A DNA stretch of 64,000 bases, taken from Gracilinanus agilis. Taxonomy: Eukaryota. The position numbers and the translations under genes were made by a program. How positions within the stretch are numbered: the first letter of the stretch is position 1; every line of letters begins with the position of its first letter. The notes below the pieces were generated by a model, which was not told where the DNA came from, did not search any database, and was given only the letters and a program-made list of their open reading frames with translations. Shown in pieces: positions 51,591 to 64,000 of the stretch. The stretch covers positions 313,053,687 through 313,117,686 of the forward strand of contig NC_058133.1 of assembly GCF_016433145.1 (NCBI RefSeq), written 5' to 3'.

Positions 51591-51989
51591 CCTCCATTTG
51601 TACTTTTATATTTATTTTCTGTCTTGGTAACAACTTTAAGACAAAAAGGCAAGGGCCAGGTAAATGGGATTAAGTGATTCCACAGAATCTCATAGCTAGG
51701 AATGTCTGAGGCTATATTTGAAACCAGAACCTTCTGTCTCCAGGTCTAGTACTCTATCTACTATACCACCTAGCTGCTCCTTTCCCTTTGTATTGTATGT
51801 ATCTTGCAGGTCCATGGCTATTTGCATGCTCCTTTATTAGAATGTGAGATACTTTAGGGCAGAGATTCTTGTTTTTTCCTTTTTTTTAATATTCCCAGTG
51901 ATTAGCACAGTGGTGAGCATATAAAAAGTACTTTAAAATACTTTAAAAATAACTATTATTCTCTTGATTCTATTCACTTTTACCTGCTT

Positions 51990-52255
51990 TGTGGTTGCTG
52001 TTCAGTCTTACCTGACTGTGACTCGGTGGACCACAGAAAGTCAGTCTGATCTGGACTATGGGGTTTTTTTGGCAAAAAAAAAGACCCCCCCCCCCAAAAC
52101 AGAGTAGTTTATCATTTCTTTCTCCAGTGAATTAAGGCAAACAGAGTAAAGCGACTTACCCAGGGTCACACACTGGAAAGTGTTTGAGGCCAGATTGGAG
52201 CTCTGGTCTTCCTGACTCCAGGCCTGGTGCTCTATCTACTGAGCCACCCAACTCC
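51990..52255 (-). mobile_element. MAR1-type CORE-SINE
   Basis: gttgctgttcagtc…cccagggtcacaca…ccaggcctggtgctctatctactgagcc. Confidence 0.7.
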
Positions 52256-53354
52256 TTCTTGTATTAGTCTTCCCCAATTTCTAAAAATTCTTTATATTCA
52301 TTGATTCTTCTGGTTCCAGTGTTTTTTTCCTAATATATCTTGTATACCCTGATAAGAAGAGCTGGCTATGTTTATCATCTGGGGGAGGTTTGATAACAAG
52401 TAGGAACTGATATCTGATAGGTATCCCAGATACCACTAAATTTACATACCAATTTAGCTTAGGGTTTAAACTGTAGGACATTTTACTCATTTATCACTCT
52501 TTAAAAAGAGAAAAGAAAACCAGTCCTTTTGTTTTTCCATCTATTGAGATAGCTAAAGTGTTTGATAACTGAAAAAAATATGACTTTATATTTCATCAGT
52601 AGGATAGATGAGTTCTGTGGTTAAATCAGCAGCTTAATAAAATAAAATTATTTTAGTCTTAATAGCAACTTTCTCCCTTTTGTTGGTAAATGGTTATGAT
52701 TTAGTGGGATTTCTGGAATGGAAGATGAGAGAAAAAAAAGAAAAAACTTTAATATGTAATTTTCTTTTGTTATCCAACTAGGTAAGTAAGTTTATTTTGG
52801 CTCAGAGAGCAGGGGGTTTTCCTTTTGGAAGTAAACAACTCGATTACTAAGTTTTAAAAAATCATTTAATAAGCTCAAAATATTCACTGAGATAATGCTT
52901 ATGAAAATAGTTTGCAATCTAGGGATGATACAAATGTATGGCATTATTATTATTTAACTCTCCCAAAGTCCTTCAGACAAGGTTGGAAACTGAAGAGCTC
53001 TCCTAAAATGACCTATTTCAAATTTCTGCTTATCTGCCTTGTTTTATTAAATAGTCAAGAATATGGCATACCATCTCAGTCACAAAAACTCAGTTCTATA
53101 CCTGAAATGCCTATTTTGAAGCTTAAAAAGTTAGCTTAATGATTAATCATTTTAGCATTCTAAGCTTGATTATAGGAACCCCAGGACAATGATATATGGT
53201 AACAAGATTAAAGCCTGTACCAGTAAACTATAGATAAGAATATTACCAAAATTTAGATATCAAAATCAATGCCATATCCTTGATGAATAGCCTTTCTATG
53301 GTTGATGGAGTAAACTCGTTAACTGTTAGATGATCTTTAATCATCTCATGTCCT

Positions 53355-53554
53355 TCCTTTTTTTTTTTTTTTTTTTAAAACCCTTAACTTCTGTGTATTG
53401 GCTCCTTGGTGGAAGAGAGGTAAGGGTGGGCAATGGGGGGTCAAATGACTTGCCCGGAGTCACACAGCTGAGAAGTGTCTGAGGCTGGATTTGAACCTGG
53501 GACCTCCTGTCTCTAGGCCTGACTCTCAATCCACTGAGCTACTCAGCTGCCCCC
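53355..53554 (-). mobile_element. SINE1_Mdo-like SINE
   Basis: poly-T tail; TSD ATCTCATGTCCTT on both sides. Confidence 0.92.
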
Positions 53555-54253
53555 ATCTCATGTCCTTTCAAATCCTAACCTCAAACACTGGACTACACAA
53601 GTCAGACCTAATCTATAATATTCACATTGATGAAGTCAGAGAGCCAAACCAATTCAGATCATCAATTTAGAGTGGGAAGGGATTATAAAGGTCATTTATT
53701 CCAACATTATTTTGCAGATGAGGAAACTGAGGCCCAGAGAGGTTGAATGTCTTGCCCAGGGATGCATAGCTAGAGAGAAGCAGAACTAAGATTTTAACCC
53801 AAACTCTCTGACTCAAAAACCCTTTTCCTCTCTACCATGTTGCCTTTCACGTCCCACTAAGTATTGAGCTTCAGTAACTCTCAGGGTTTTATTGCCATCA
53901 CTTGAGATTTTTTTTTGCGTAGGTCTGTAGCTCTAAAGGGAAAAAACATGGTAGCATGGAAGATATTCTGGACTTAAGAGAGTTCAGACTAGAGAGACTT
54001 GAATTCAAAATCCATCTCTGACATGTGTCAGATGTGTGGCTCTAAGCAAGTATTTAACCTTTTTTAGTCTCAGACTCCTCATCTATAAAATGGAAATGAT
54101 AGCAATAGCAAATTATTGTATGTCCTTGCCTTAGGGTTTCTGCAGTCACGTCCCACAGACCACAAAGGCCGCTGGAAGTGAGTTTAGGAGAGAAAGTGGG
54201 ATGATATAATTATAATGTGTATATTTATAAAGCTTATATGTGTGCATACATTG

Positions 54254-54468
54254 TTGTTGTTTGGGCATGCCTGACTCTATAGGATCACCTTTGGCCAAAA
54301 TACTATAATGGTTTGCCATTTTCTTCTCTAGTTCATTTTACAGATGGAGAAACTGAGGCAAATAGTTTTAATCAACTTGCCCAGGGTCATCCAACTAGTA
54401 TCTGAAGTCAGATTTGAACTCAGGCTTTCCTGACTTCAGACTCAATGCCTTAGCACTACCCAGCTGCC
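54254..54468 (-). mobile_element. MAR1-type CORE-SINE
   Basis: ggtttgccattttcttctctagttcattttacagatggagaaactgaggc…cccagctgcc. Confidence 0.75.
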
Positions 54469-54520
54469 CAAAGACAAGATGAGACCTTATAAAAGACATT
54501 TTCAAGAGTCTCATGTTTAA

Positions 54521-54720
54521 GGGGCAGCTGGGTGGCTCAGTGAATTGAGAGTCAGGCCTAAGAATGGGAGGTCCTGTGTTCAAATTTGGCCTCAGACACT
54601 TCCCAGCTGTGTGACCCTGGGCAAGTCACATAACCCTTTGCCCCTTATTGGTCTTCTACCTTGGAACCAATAACCATACACAATATTGATTCTAAGATGG
54701 CAGATAAGGATTTTTAAAAA
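54521..54720 (+). mobile_element. SINE1_Mdo-like SINE
   Basis: TSD AGTCTCATGTTTA on both sides. Confidence 0.9.
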
Positions 54721-55029
54721 AGTCTCATGTTTACTTAAGCCTGTATTTTAAGCAGTGGATTAACAGAAGAATGTCTGAAGTTCATTTAGTTTTATTTCAT
54801 ACTTGGAAGGCCTAATGTAAAACTAGTCGTCTTCCAGATGATCTCCCTAAATGTTATTCAATATATGAACTTATGTGATATTGTAAACCCATAAGCCATG
54901 GTACGCATTCTTTCTCTTAGCCATCTTGAGAACTAGCCTTTCCAAAATGAGAAAATGAAGAAGTCGTTACTATCTCAATTACCATTTAAATAATATTGAA
55001 CTAATTGAACAGATCTATGATCTCATCAT

Positions 55030-55265
55030 TTTGGATTTTCTCTCCTACAATGCAGATTGCAAAGCATTCATGTCTTCCCATGCTATGTGACTCCTGTCCG
55101 TGTTTTCCCTTTGGTTCCTCAGAGGGACCCCATCCCATGTACTTTCTTGCTTTTCCCAGACAGCAGCCTGGTAGAGCATTCTTTCTGCACAGCTGCATCC
55201 CTTGCCTTTGCCATGTGACCAGCCCCCCCTCTTCCTGGCATGCATTTCCTCGATGACATCTTTTA
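55030..55265 (-). mobile_element. RTE LINE ORF 3' end, degenerate
   Basis: Minus translation contains R-GAGHMAKARD, resembling the RTE C-terminal RWAGHVAR.RD motif, with stops. Confidence 0.6.
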
Positions 55266-57261
55266 TTCCTATCTTTTGAATTCCTTATTGGTTATATGTT
55301 ATAACCTGCTTATATCCACAATGGGCAATATTCATTGTCAGTGTCTTGGAGATTGTAGCTCAATTAAATTCATTAGAATTCCAAACCTTTTCTCCAAAGA
55401 CATTATCAACTTTTATGACTGCAGGTACCATATGAAGCTATTTACAAATAAATATGCATACATAAGTAACCACCCAGTACAAAAATAAACAAAACAAAAC
55501 ACAGGACTTTCGGTAGGAAAGGAGATGCTAAGCACACATTTCATTTTATTTCATTCAGTAGTGCCTCCTTGGTACAGGGCACAATTCTTGCTCCTCTTTA
55601 TCTTCCCAAGGTTCTAAATCTTTTTCATGGTGAGGTTTCATTTTTGATGGTGGCTTTTCCAAGTAGTCAGGACCACTGAAGTAGAGACAAAAAAGTAATC
55701 AATTTATACTTTATAGAGCTAAAGAAAGACCTACAAAAAAACACAGCATCTTTTCCTCCTCTCCATCCACAAGGAAAAGAACCCATAATCATGTACTGTA
55801 TAAGTCCTCGTTTCTAACATATTCCCTTATATAACCATTACATGGAAAGGAACCAAATGATGTATTCCTTAAATAGGATTCCTTGAGCAGAATTCATTGT
55901 AGGATGATCTGAGAACACTGTTACTGTTGGCTCATCATTCATTCTGAAATAAGTCTGCAGTCCTAAAACTCTTCTTGGTTGTGATATTGCAGATTTTATT
56001 CTAATTTTGAGGTAAGGGTATGGTGAGTTATACAATATATTGGTAACTTAATTCTATAGACATTTACTAAGGCTCTTTGGCAATGCTGAAAAGACCAAGA
56101 GGTCAAAGAATACTTATTTTTCTCCAGTGTGATATGCAGTTGGAACACTTTAAAAATTAGAAATTATGAAGAAGCAATATAAAGGAGGTCATTACAAAAA
56201 TGTATAATTAACAAAAGCAACAAGTTAGTCACATAACAAGAGATAACCAATGGGCAGCCTCATTTTTCTCATCTATGAAATGGAAACAATACTTTTATCC
56301 CTCATGAGACTCAATGAGACTATACTTTGAAAGACTTAAGAACTCTATCAATGCAGTTAACAATCATGATTCCAGGGGAATGATGATGACCTCTATTACT
56401 TAAGTACCCCCTGAAAAAGGTGATAGACTCAAGATGCAGAATGAGATATACATCTTTAGACATGGTCAATGTGGGAAGTGATTTTGCTTTTTATATGAGT
56501 GTTTACTTTTTTTTTTTTATTGAAGGTGGTAGGAGGGAGAGAGACAAAATTAATTCTTATTAATCAAAAATAAGTAAAATAAGAGTTACTACATCTGCTT
56601 CATGAATCTTAAAGTGCTACATAAATGCTAATTTTTATTATTACTTGGGGCTGGTGGTACTATCTGCATTTTTTTCTCTCAAATAAAGGAACTTCTACAT
56701 GTCTCTTTGATTTTAGCTATGGTGCTAAATTCTGTATCTTATGTGAAGAAAAATAAAGGGAAAAAAAATTTCAATGCCAGTTGTCTTGCTGGCTCCATCT
56801 TCTTCCTAATATCTTTTTCCTCTTCCTCACAGATGTCATATTCTTGCCAATTAGTCAAGAATCTGGGGACTTCAGTCGCTCCAAAGTTGCTTGAACAAGG
56901 TTATCCCCTCCACCACATACATGGTAAATGGCCATTCAGCTTTTGATTAACATCCTCAGTGAGGGATATTCCATTGCTCATTCCACCTATGGATATCTCT
57001 AATTGGATACCTCTAGGGAAGATTTTTCCTTAGGTCAACCATAAATTTGCTTCTTTGCAGCTTCTGCTCATTAAATCATATGATTTAGAGGAAGAAGGGA
57101 CCAATCTTTTGATATTTACTTCTGATGTCCCTTCCAGTTCTAAACCTGTGATCTAAGTGTCTTCAAGAAAAGTTTAGCCTAGCAATCTAGGTAGGAAGAA
57201 CCAAGTAGACAGAGAATGTTGCTCAGAGTATGCCATGCAGTTGAGATATAAGGGGTGTTTG

Positions 57262-57780
57262 GGGAAGACTAGTACCTCTGGTTTGTGAGTGCTTGCTGCT
57301 CATCCACCTTTGGTGTCTACTTTTCATCAATTTTTACCTGTGACTCCAAGAAGCTTTAGCATGTGCAGGGGCCATGTCATCTCAACAGGCAGATTAAACT
57401 AAATTGAGGGTAGCTAGCCGATGGGCTTCGAACCCATCCATGAGTCAGGTGATTTCTACCTCAAACATGTGAAGACTTCCCCTGGCAAAATGGATAGATA
57501 AGAACAATTTGTTCTATTGGCCATGAAAGCAATTGAGGCAGGTGCTATGGAGCTCTTAGACCATGGTCAGATATTGAAGATGCCAAGGTCATTCTCTGCA
57601 ATCCAGGCTATTTGCAAGTTATCCTCACTTTTGTCTTGCATGGGCTTTGATGACTCTGGAAGAGAAAGTAAGGCTGATGTCTTTGTGTAACTCTGCTTCA
57701 CTTGGCCATCACATTCAAATTAAGATATAACCCGATGATGTCATTGGCCCTCTTCCAAATGAAGAATGAACACCACCACC
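57262..57780 (+). mobile_element. RTE-related non-autonomous element (RTESINE/WALLSI-like; name uncertain)
   Basis: catgtgaagacttcccctggc…agaacaatttgttc…gatgtcattggccctcttcc…(cac)n tail resembles a recalled marsupial consensus. Confidence 0.6.
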
Positions 57781-58914
57781 ATGCAGTTGGAGGGAGAGCC
57801 CACTGAAGTAGAACATAGGTACATTTTAGATAAGCACAGCATTGGATAAAGAGCCTGGACCAGCATGGGATGGGAGGAAGAGAGCAAGCTGGCTTGCATT
57901 TGAGAAACAGAATCAATTTTTCAGTGATCCTGTATTCTTTCCCACTTCCAAACCCTACTTCCCCCCCTTTTTTTATACCACTATGGGGGAATGGATAGAG
58001 TCCACCTGACAAAGAAAGCCTGGTTTTTAAGTCCCCAGATCTCCATGACCACATTTAACTTTAGTGCCCAAGAATTTTCTGAGACAAATTACAGGCCATC
58101 TCTGCATTAGTAGAGAAGTCCTCCACACCTGTGAAAGCACAGGTCCAAACTGCTTCCTCCTTTCCCTCCAAAAAAAAAAAAAAATCCTGATGATGCTATA
58201 AGACTGCAAATCATGGAATATCATAATCTCGGAAGAAATCAAATTGCAGATGACCCAGAGAAAAACAAAAAGAGATATAGTAGATATCAGTCTATCCACA
58301 AGAATTTATGAAATGTTAAATGCTGGGGGTTCAAAGATAGCAATGAAACAGTCCTTGACCCTAACAGATTTATGGTACATTCTATCCATAATAATTTACA
58401 CTTAAGATATGACATAAAAGACATGATTAAAGACCTATATGACTGGGAAAAAAGATGTGGATCCTTCATAGAATGAAAAGTAGGATAGTTGTCATTTCAG
58501 ACTCTTTGTGACCCCATTTGGGGTTTTTTCTCTTTCTCTCTCTCTCTCTTTTTTTTTTTTTTTTTGCAGATTGAAGCATTCCATTCTTTATTTTATTTCC
58601 TCTGTGAATTTTTCTCTAGTGTAAGCAATATGTGCCCTCCTCCACATGACAAACACAGAAACTGTACAATGCTTGCGTAACCCCTATCACACCACCTGTC
58701 ATCCTAGGGAAGAGTGAGAGACTGAGAGAAAATGAACTGCAAAACGCCCATAAATAATTATCAAAATTTATATCAACATGTAATCTGAAAAAAAATTAAA
58801 TACATTAAAAAATTTTAAAAGAGATAAACTAACCAGAGAGGAATATTTAGTAAACAATAGTTTCTGATATTCTGCTTTTCAGAATCTGAGGATCTATAGA
58901 AGAGAAAATTAGAA

Positions 58915-59127
58915 AGTACTGTTTGGGGTTTTCTTGGCATGTATACTAGAGTGGTTTTCTATTTGCTTCTCCAGCTCATCTTACAGATGAGAAAAGGAAC
59001 AAACAGGATTAAGTGAGTTACCCAGGATCACACAGCTAGTAAGTGTTTAAGGCCAGATTTGAACTCTGGAAGATGAGTCTTCCTGACTCTAGGCCAGGTG
59101 CTCCATCCACTGCACCACCTGGCTGCC

Positions 59128-59128
<1 letters not shown>
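58915..59128 (-). mobile_element. MAR1-type CORE-SINE
   Basis: ggggttttcttggc…ctccagctcatcttacagatgag…ccactgcaccacctggctgcc. Confidence 0.8.
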
Positions 59129-59159
<31 letters not shown>

Positions 59160-59384
59160 CAAAAGTTTTGTTCTAGTATCTTGGAAACACTAAGAAATTG
59201 GTTCAAATGACACACGTAAAACCCAGTAGAATTGCTCATGGCAATGGGAGGGGCATGGGAGGAGGGGAGAGAAAGAACATGAATCATGTAACCATGGGAA
59301 AATATTCTAAATTAATTAATAAGTTTCAAATAAAAAAAATTGGATCAAATCTCCACTACACTGGGTAGACCTACAATTTTTAAA

Positions 59385-59592
59385 AATTAATTTATTTTTA
59401 AACTCTGACCTTCTGTCTTAGAATCAATACTAAGTACTGGTCCCAAGGCAGAAGGGTGGGAAGGGCTAGGCAATGGAGTTAAGTGACTTGCCCAGACTTG
59501 ACCCAGCTAGGAAGCCTCTGAGCCCTCATTTGAACCACTGACCTTCCATCTCTAGGCCTAGCTCACCATCCACTGAACCACCCAGTTGCCCT
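59385..59592 (-). mobile_element. Diverged SINE1_Mdo-like SINE
   Basis: Antisense match ttctgtcttagaatcaatac…ccactgaaccacccagttgccc. Confidence 0.8.
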
Positions 59593-59628
59593 GCTACAAT
59601 GGGCTTATGAAAGGAAATGGACACTGGA

Positions 59629-59825
59629 TGTGGAATCTAGAAGCCCCCAAACTTGTAGCCTAGAAAGATTTAATGACTCCCAGTTTACTTAGCTTAAAGG
59701 TGAAAGCCCCAGGTTTGACCTTGTCACATGAGAATTCCTCCCTGAGGGAAAGTCCAACTTCACTAGCCTCAGACTAACAAAAGACCTTATTTGAGCTTGA
59801 GTGGGGACGACCATTTCCATCAGGG
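59629..59825 (+). mobile_element. LTR-like repeat, copy A (truncated)
   Basis: TGTGGAATCTAGAAGCCCCCAAACTTGTAGCC…; same family as 51272. Confidence 0.6.
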
Positions 59826-59839
59826 AGTGACTCTTTTTT

Positions 59840-60155
59840 GTCTCCAGAAGCCTTTCCCACTGTATCACACCCTCCTTTCAAGGATCAATCTCAGGACCTT
59901 CAGCTTAGGAAACTGACGAGCTGCCTACAGTGCCAAAGTCTCTCGGTTTGGACTTGGCCCTGATGGGAATGGTCATCATCACTCAAGCTCAAATAAGGTC
60001 TTTTGTTAGTCTGAGATTAATGAAGTTGGACTTTCCCTCAGGATGGAACTCTCCTGTGACAAAGGTCAAACCTGGGGCTTTCACCTTTAAGCTAAGTAAA
60101 CCCGGGGTCATTAAATCTTTCTAGGCTACAAGTCTGGGAGCGTCTAGATTCCACG
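59840..60155 (-). mobile_element. LTR-like repeat, copy B (inverted relative to A)
   Basis: Reverse complement aligns to copy C throughout and to copy A over ~198 bp. Confidence 0.6.
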
Positions 60156-60159
60156 TCGA

Positions 60160-61310
60160 CCAACACAGACAACAGATGAGAAGGCAGGGAAGAGCAGCAT
60201 TATTTGGTGAGATTACGGATCCATCCACCTATCTCCGGCGTTTTAGCTCCAAGATTCAGAAGCCCGCCAAGCTCAGGCGGGCTGCATTCACTGCCGGAGG
60301 CGTCTCCCCAGGTAGATCCTTAGCTACACCCCAGTCCCCAGGAGAGACTGGAACTGGGCTTACAGCCAGGTCTGCACACAAAGAAGCAGCTCACAGGCTG
60401 GCAAGTCAGCAAATACGGGAAAGCTTTGATTGAACATCAGATAAACCTCGGAGGAAGAGCACCCGAGGTCAAACTGGCCAAACCGAGCTTGCCTTCTTTG
60501 TTCCTATCTCATCTGGGGGTTCCATGGTCCAGCTGTCTCACGGAACCAAAAAGGAACAGGTCCAGACTGCCAGCCTTTGGGCCGAACTCCCGCCCACCTC
60601 CGGGAAGTGTTCGTGGGCAGACGCAGGGAACCAATCCCCGCCCACCCCCACCCCCGACCTCGCGCGTGTCCCTCCGCCGCTCCTCCGAGCCTCTGCTGGG
60701 GGCGGGGCTCTGTGTGAGGTTCTACCGCTTTCTTGGAGGGGAGGGGTGTGTGACGTTTTCCAAAGTCTCCGCCTCTCTCCCCTCCCTTTCTTTTTGAGGC
60801 TTTGCGGAGGAGCTGGTTCAAATGGGCAAGCTTAGTCCCGAGTCCCCGAACCGAGGGCACCTCACGGGCAGGGAGAAGTGGCCGGGGCCCAAGCCCTGGG
60901 TTACACTCACCACGTGGGCTGTGGGCAACTCCCTAGGACTTCTCAACCGAGTCCCAGACTGGGACTTCCCCCACCTGATGAATCATCCCGAGCGGAGGAG
61001 AAAGCTTCTGTGACTCCTCTCTAGACGTGCTCAGGCTTTCCCTGTTACAGAAGCCCACAAGAGATCAGTAGTGCAGCATCCGGGTTCCGAGCTGCCCCTC
61101 CCCCGCCTCACCCCTCCCCCTCTAAAATTTGGCTTTTACTTACTGAAGGCGTGAGCGCGGGAAACGGGCTACAGGCCCATCTCCCCTCCCCACTTACCCC
61201 CAAATCCCCGGGCTCTCATAGCTAGAGGCAAGTGTCCCCTCTAGCCTCAGATTACCGTCCTCTACAGTCTCAGGGGCAGACACGAAGAAATCCCAAGAAT
61301 TTGCTCTAAA
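60160..61310. promoter_or_regulatory. Orphan CpG island with promoter-like motifs
   Basis: CpG-rich; CCAAT 60631-60635 abutting CCCCGCCC 60636-60643; GGGGGCGGGGC 60698-60708; CGGGAAGT 60601-60608; CACGTG 60911-60916; no recognisable coding exon. Confidence 0.65.
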
Positions 61311-61611
61311 GTTGCATTCTTTTGATATTAATCATGACCAATACAGAGCTAGACGTCCCTCACGCAGACTTGGAACGCTTCTTCCTTCTAGAACTGGAAC
61401 AGACTCAGTTTGCCCGGAGGAGAACGGAGAAAGGGACTAATTGACTTAAGGGAAAACATGGCTGTGATCTGTAATGAACCAAACAACAAGCACCAGGGTA
61501 TTGAGCTGTAGGGAATAGACACACCTATTTAGCCAAAGTTCTGCATTGCATTTGAGGGTAAAGGATTTGCTAGCAAATAGGATCATCTCTATCAATGATT
61601 ACAAACTTATT

Positions 61612-62035
61612 CTTTTTTTTTAATTTATTTTTTTAATTTTAAACCCTTAACTTCTGTGTATTGACTTATAGGTGGAAGAGTGGTAAGGTTAGGCAATGGG
61701 GGTCAAGTGACTTGCCCAGGGTCACACAGCTGAGAAGTGTCTGAGGTCAGATTTGAACCTAAGACCTCCCATCTCTAGGCCTGGCTCTCAATCCACTGAG
61801 CTACCCAGCTGCCCCTAAACTTAGTCTTTTAAAATTATTATTTTAACTCTTACTTTCCATCTTCAAATCAGTCCTGTGTATTGGTTCCAACGCAGAAGAG
61901 GTAGTAAGGGCTAGGCAATGGAGGTCAAGTGACTTGCCCAGAGTCACACAGCTAGGAAGTGTCTGAGGTCAGATTTGAACCCAAGATTTCTTGTTGCTAG
62001 CCCTGGCTCTCTGTCCAGTGAGCCACCCAGCTGTG
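61612..62035 (-). mobile_element. Two tandem antisense SINE1_Mdo-like SINEs (61612-61815, ~61830-62035)
   Basis: Two successive consensus matches with different tail subtypes. Confidence 0.88.
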
Positions 62036-62499
62036 CCATACAAACTTCTTAAGAAATCATAAAAAGTGTGAATGAAATGTTTCATCCCATGTTACTGTTA
62101 ATATCAAACAACTGGGACTAGAGTCCTTTTATGTAAAGTTGGGGGTCGCCCACCAAGTGCCCTTCATTTATGGAATGTTCAGAGCATGAATGGGAATGGG
62201 AAAAGGTCTCCAGTTGCTGCCACCTGGGCTCTCCTCAGACATTCTTCTCCCTTCCATAGAACAGATATCTGTGGGTGCCATTCCCTTTTGGCATCGGATC
62301 AACCTGCTCCCTAGAAATGGAACATCTACCCTCTCCTTTTAACCCATTGAGGGTCAATTCAGATCACCCCCTTCTTCCAGAAGGCTTCCAGGCTCCTCCT
62401 AGGGAGAAAAGCCCTTTGCCTTCACACCTCCCAAGAGTGTTTTTCCATGATATACTTGGGTGTTTTTTCTTATTTATTTATTTATTTATTATTTGTTTA

Positions 62500-62950
62500 A
62501 TTCTTATTTTTTAATCAATTACATGTAATAAATTTCCACTCAAGTTTTCCCAAGTTAAATGATGGAACTTCTCTTTCTCCCTCTCTTCCCTTCTCCCACT
62601 GGGGGCTGGCAGGGGATTTGATCTGGGTTATACAAGTATCATAATGCAAACTATTTCCATATTGTTCATTTTGGGGAGTAATCTTATAAAACCCAAACCC
62701 CAAAACATAAACAGACAATTGAAAAGATTGTCTGCTTTCATCTGTGTTCTGGCTGGAACAGTTTTTTCTCTGGAGGTGGATAGCTTTTCTCAGAAATCCC
62801 TCAGAACTGTCCTTTGCCAATATAGTTGCCTATTAATAATAGTCTTTTTTCTGTATATCCTATCCTCAGGATTTCCAAAAGACCATAGATTGTATCTCCA
62901 GATCCTCTCCACCCCCAGTATCCATGAGCTACATCTTTCATTGATGTTTA
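62500..62950 (-). mobile_element. L1 3' fragment
   Basis: ttacatgtaat…gggttatacaagtatcat…ctatttccatattgttcatt…ctctggaggtggatagc. Confidence 0.75.
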
Positions 62951-64000
62951 ATTTAACAATTTGAGCTATAACTATTCTAATAAGTAATAAATCTTGACCC
63001 ATTCGCTGCTGACATTCCTTCAGCTTGTGATTGGGTGGGAAGGATAAAGCTCTCCCGGTAAGGCTTCCAGCTGGCTGATATTTGATACCCAGAGACAAGC
63101 CTGGCTGCTATTTTGACCCAGAGGCAGGGTGGGGTGGTGGCTTCCCACTGATGTCATGTTCTAGGACCAATTTTTGTTTTTCCTTTTGATTCTGATAACC
63201 TAAAGTCCCTCTGCCACTTTACTACCTGTGTGGCTTCAGGCACATCACTTAGAAAAGCCTGAAGTGAAAAGGAACTTAGAATTGATTCAGCCCATTTCCC
63301 TCATTTTACAGATAAAATTGTTAAAAAGTGATTTGCTCAAACTAACAAAGCACCCTAGTGGCAAGATTGGGCCTAATGAGAATAAAGAATTCCTGACTCA
63401 CAACACTGTACCTTTGCTCCACACCACACTTAGAAATTATTCAATTTCAAAGCAAAAAGGGACAAAAGAATGGAAGTTTCTACCAGAGACTTTAATATAA
63501 GAGGGAAGGGAAGAGAACAAGCATTTTATATACTTATTATATGCCAGACACTTTGCAAGTAGTTTATTTGATTTTCACAAAACTCTCAAAGGTAGTTATT
63601 GGTACTATATTAATCCCATTTTATAGTTCAGGAAACTAAGGCAGGTAGATATTAAATAACTTGTCCAGGGTCACACAACTAGGAAGTATCAGAGGCCATA
63701 TTTGAACATAAGTCTTTTCAACTTCAGGCCCAGTGCTCTATCCACCATACCACCTATAAATAAAATCATGAAAATATCTTATTTAAGGAAAATTTTAAAT
63801 TTTAAAAAATAGAATTTTACAATCTTACTTAGGACCCAACCAACATTACCCTTCAGGGCTTCCATGATCTTCCTGTGGAGTTTTTCGTTCAATCTAATTT
63901 CTCATCTACAAAATGAGAAGATTGAACTTGGTGACCTCTAAGATCCCTTCCAGCCCATATCTATGATGATAAGTTGTTCGCTGCCTCTAATTAGGGAGGT

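Noticed and set aside
60176-61013. Overlapping 63-123 aa ORFs in the orphan CpG island
   Set aside because: Same GC-bias artefact; no recognisable domain.
27550-64000. SLC17A5 exons expected by human synteny
   Set aside because: No sialin-like peptide recognised in any frame I examined; the gene probably lies beyond the window.

Overview
AT-rich genomic DNA from a didelphid marsupial (opossum-like; inferred from SINE1_Mdo-, MAR1-, RTE- and OposCharlie-type repeats). It holds the last three coding exons of MTO1 (+ strand, 2462-6886) converging on a complete, intron-containing EEF1A1 gene (- strand, TSS ~26713, 7 coding exons, 462 aa, polyA signal 22795-22800) with a TATA/5'TOP promoter in a CpG island. 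The rest (~27.5-64 kb) is intergenic, repeat-rich DNA with a second GC-rich motif cluster ~3.5-4 kb upstream of EEF1A1 and an orphan CpG island at ~60.2-61.3 kb. I found no new protein-coding system. The best leads are structural: a 125-bp 91%-identical inverted duplication bracketing MTO1's penultimate exon; an OC1/hAT-type MITE nested in a SINE nested in L2; an L1 insertion with a 3'-transduction signature; and a ~530-bp palindrome of two LTR-like copies abutting the orphan CpG island. Comparisons with human sequence and repeat family names are from memory, not database searches. Repeat boundaries without TSDs are approximate.
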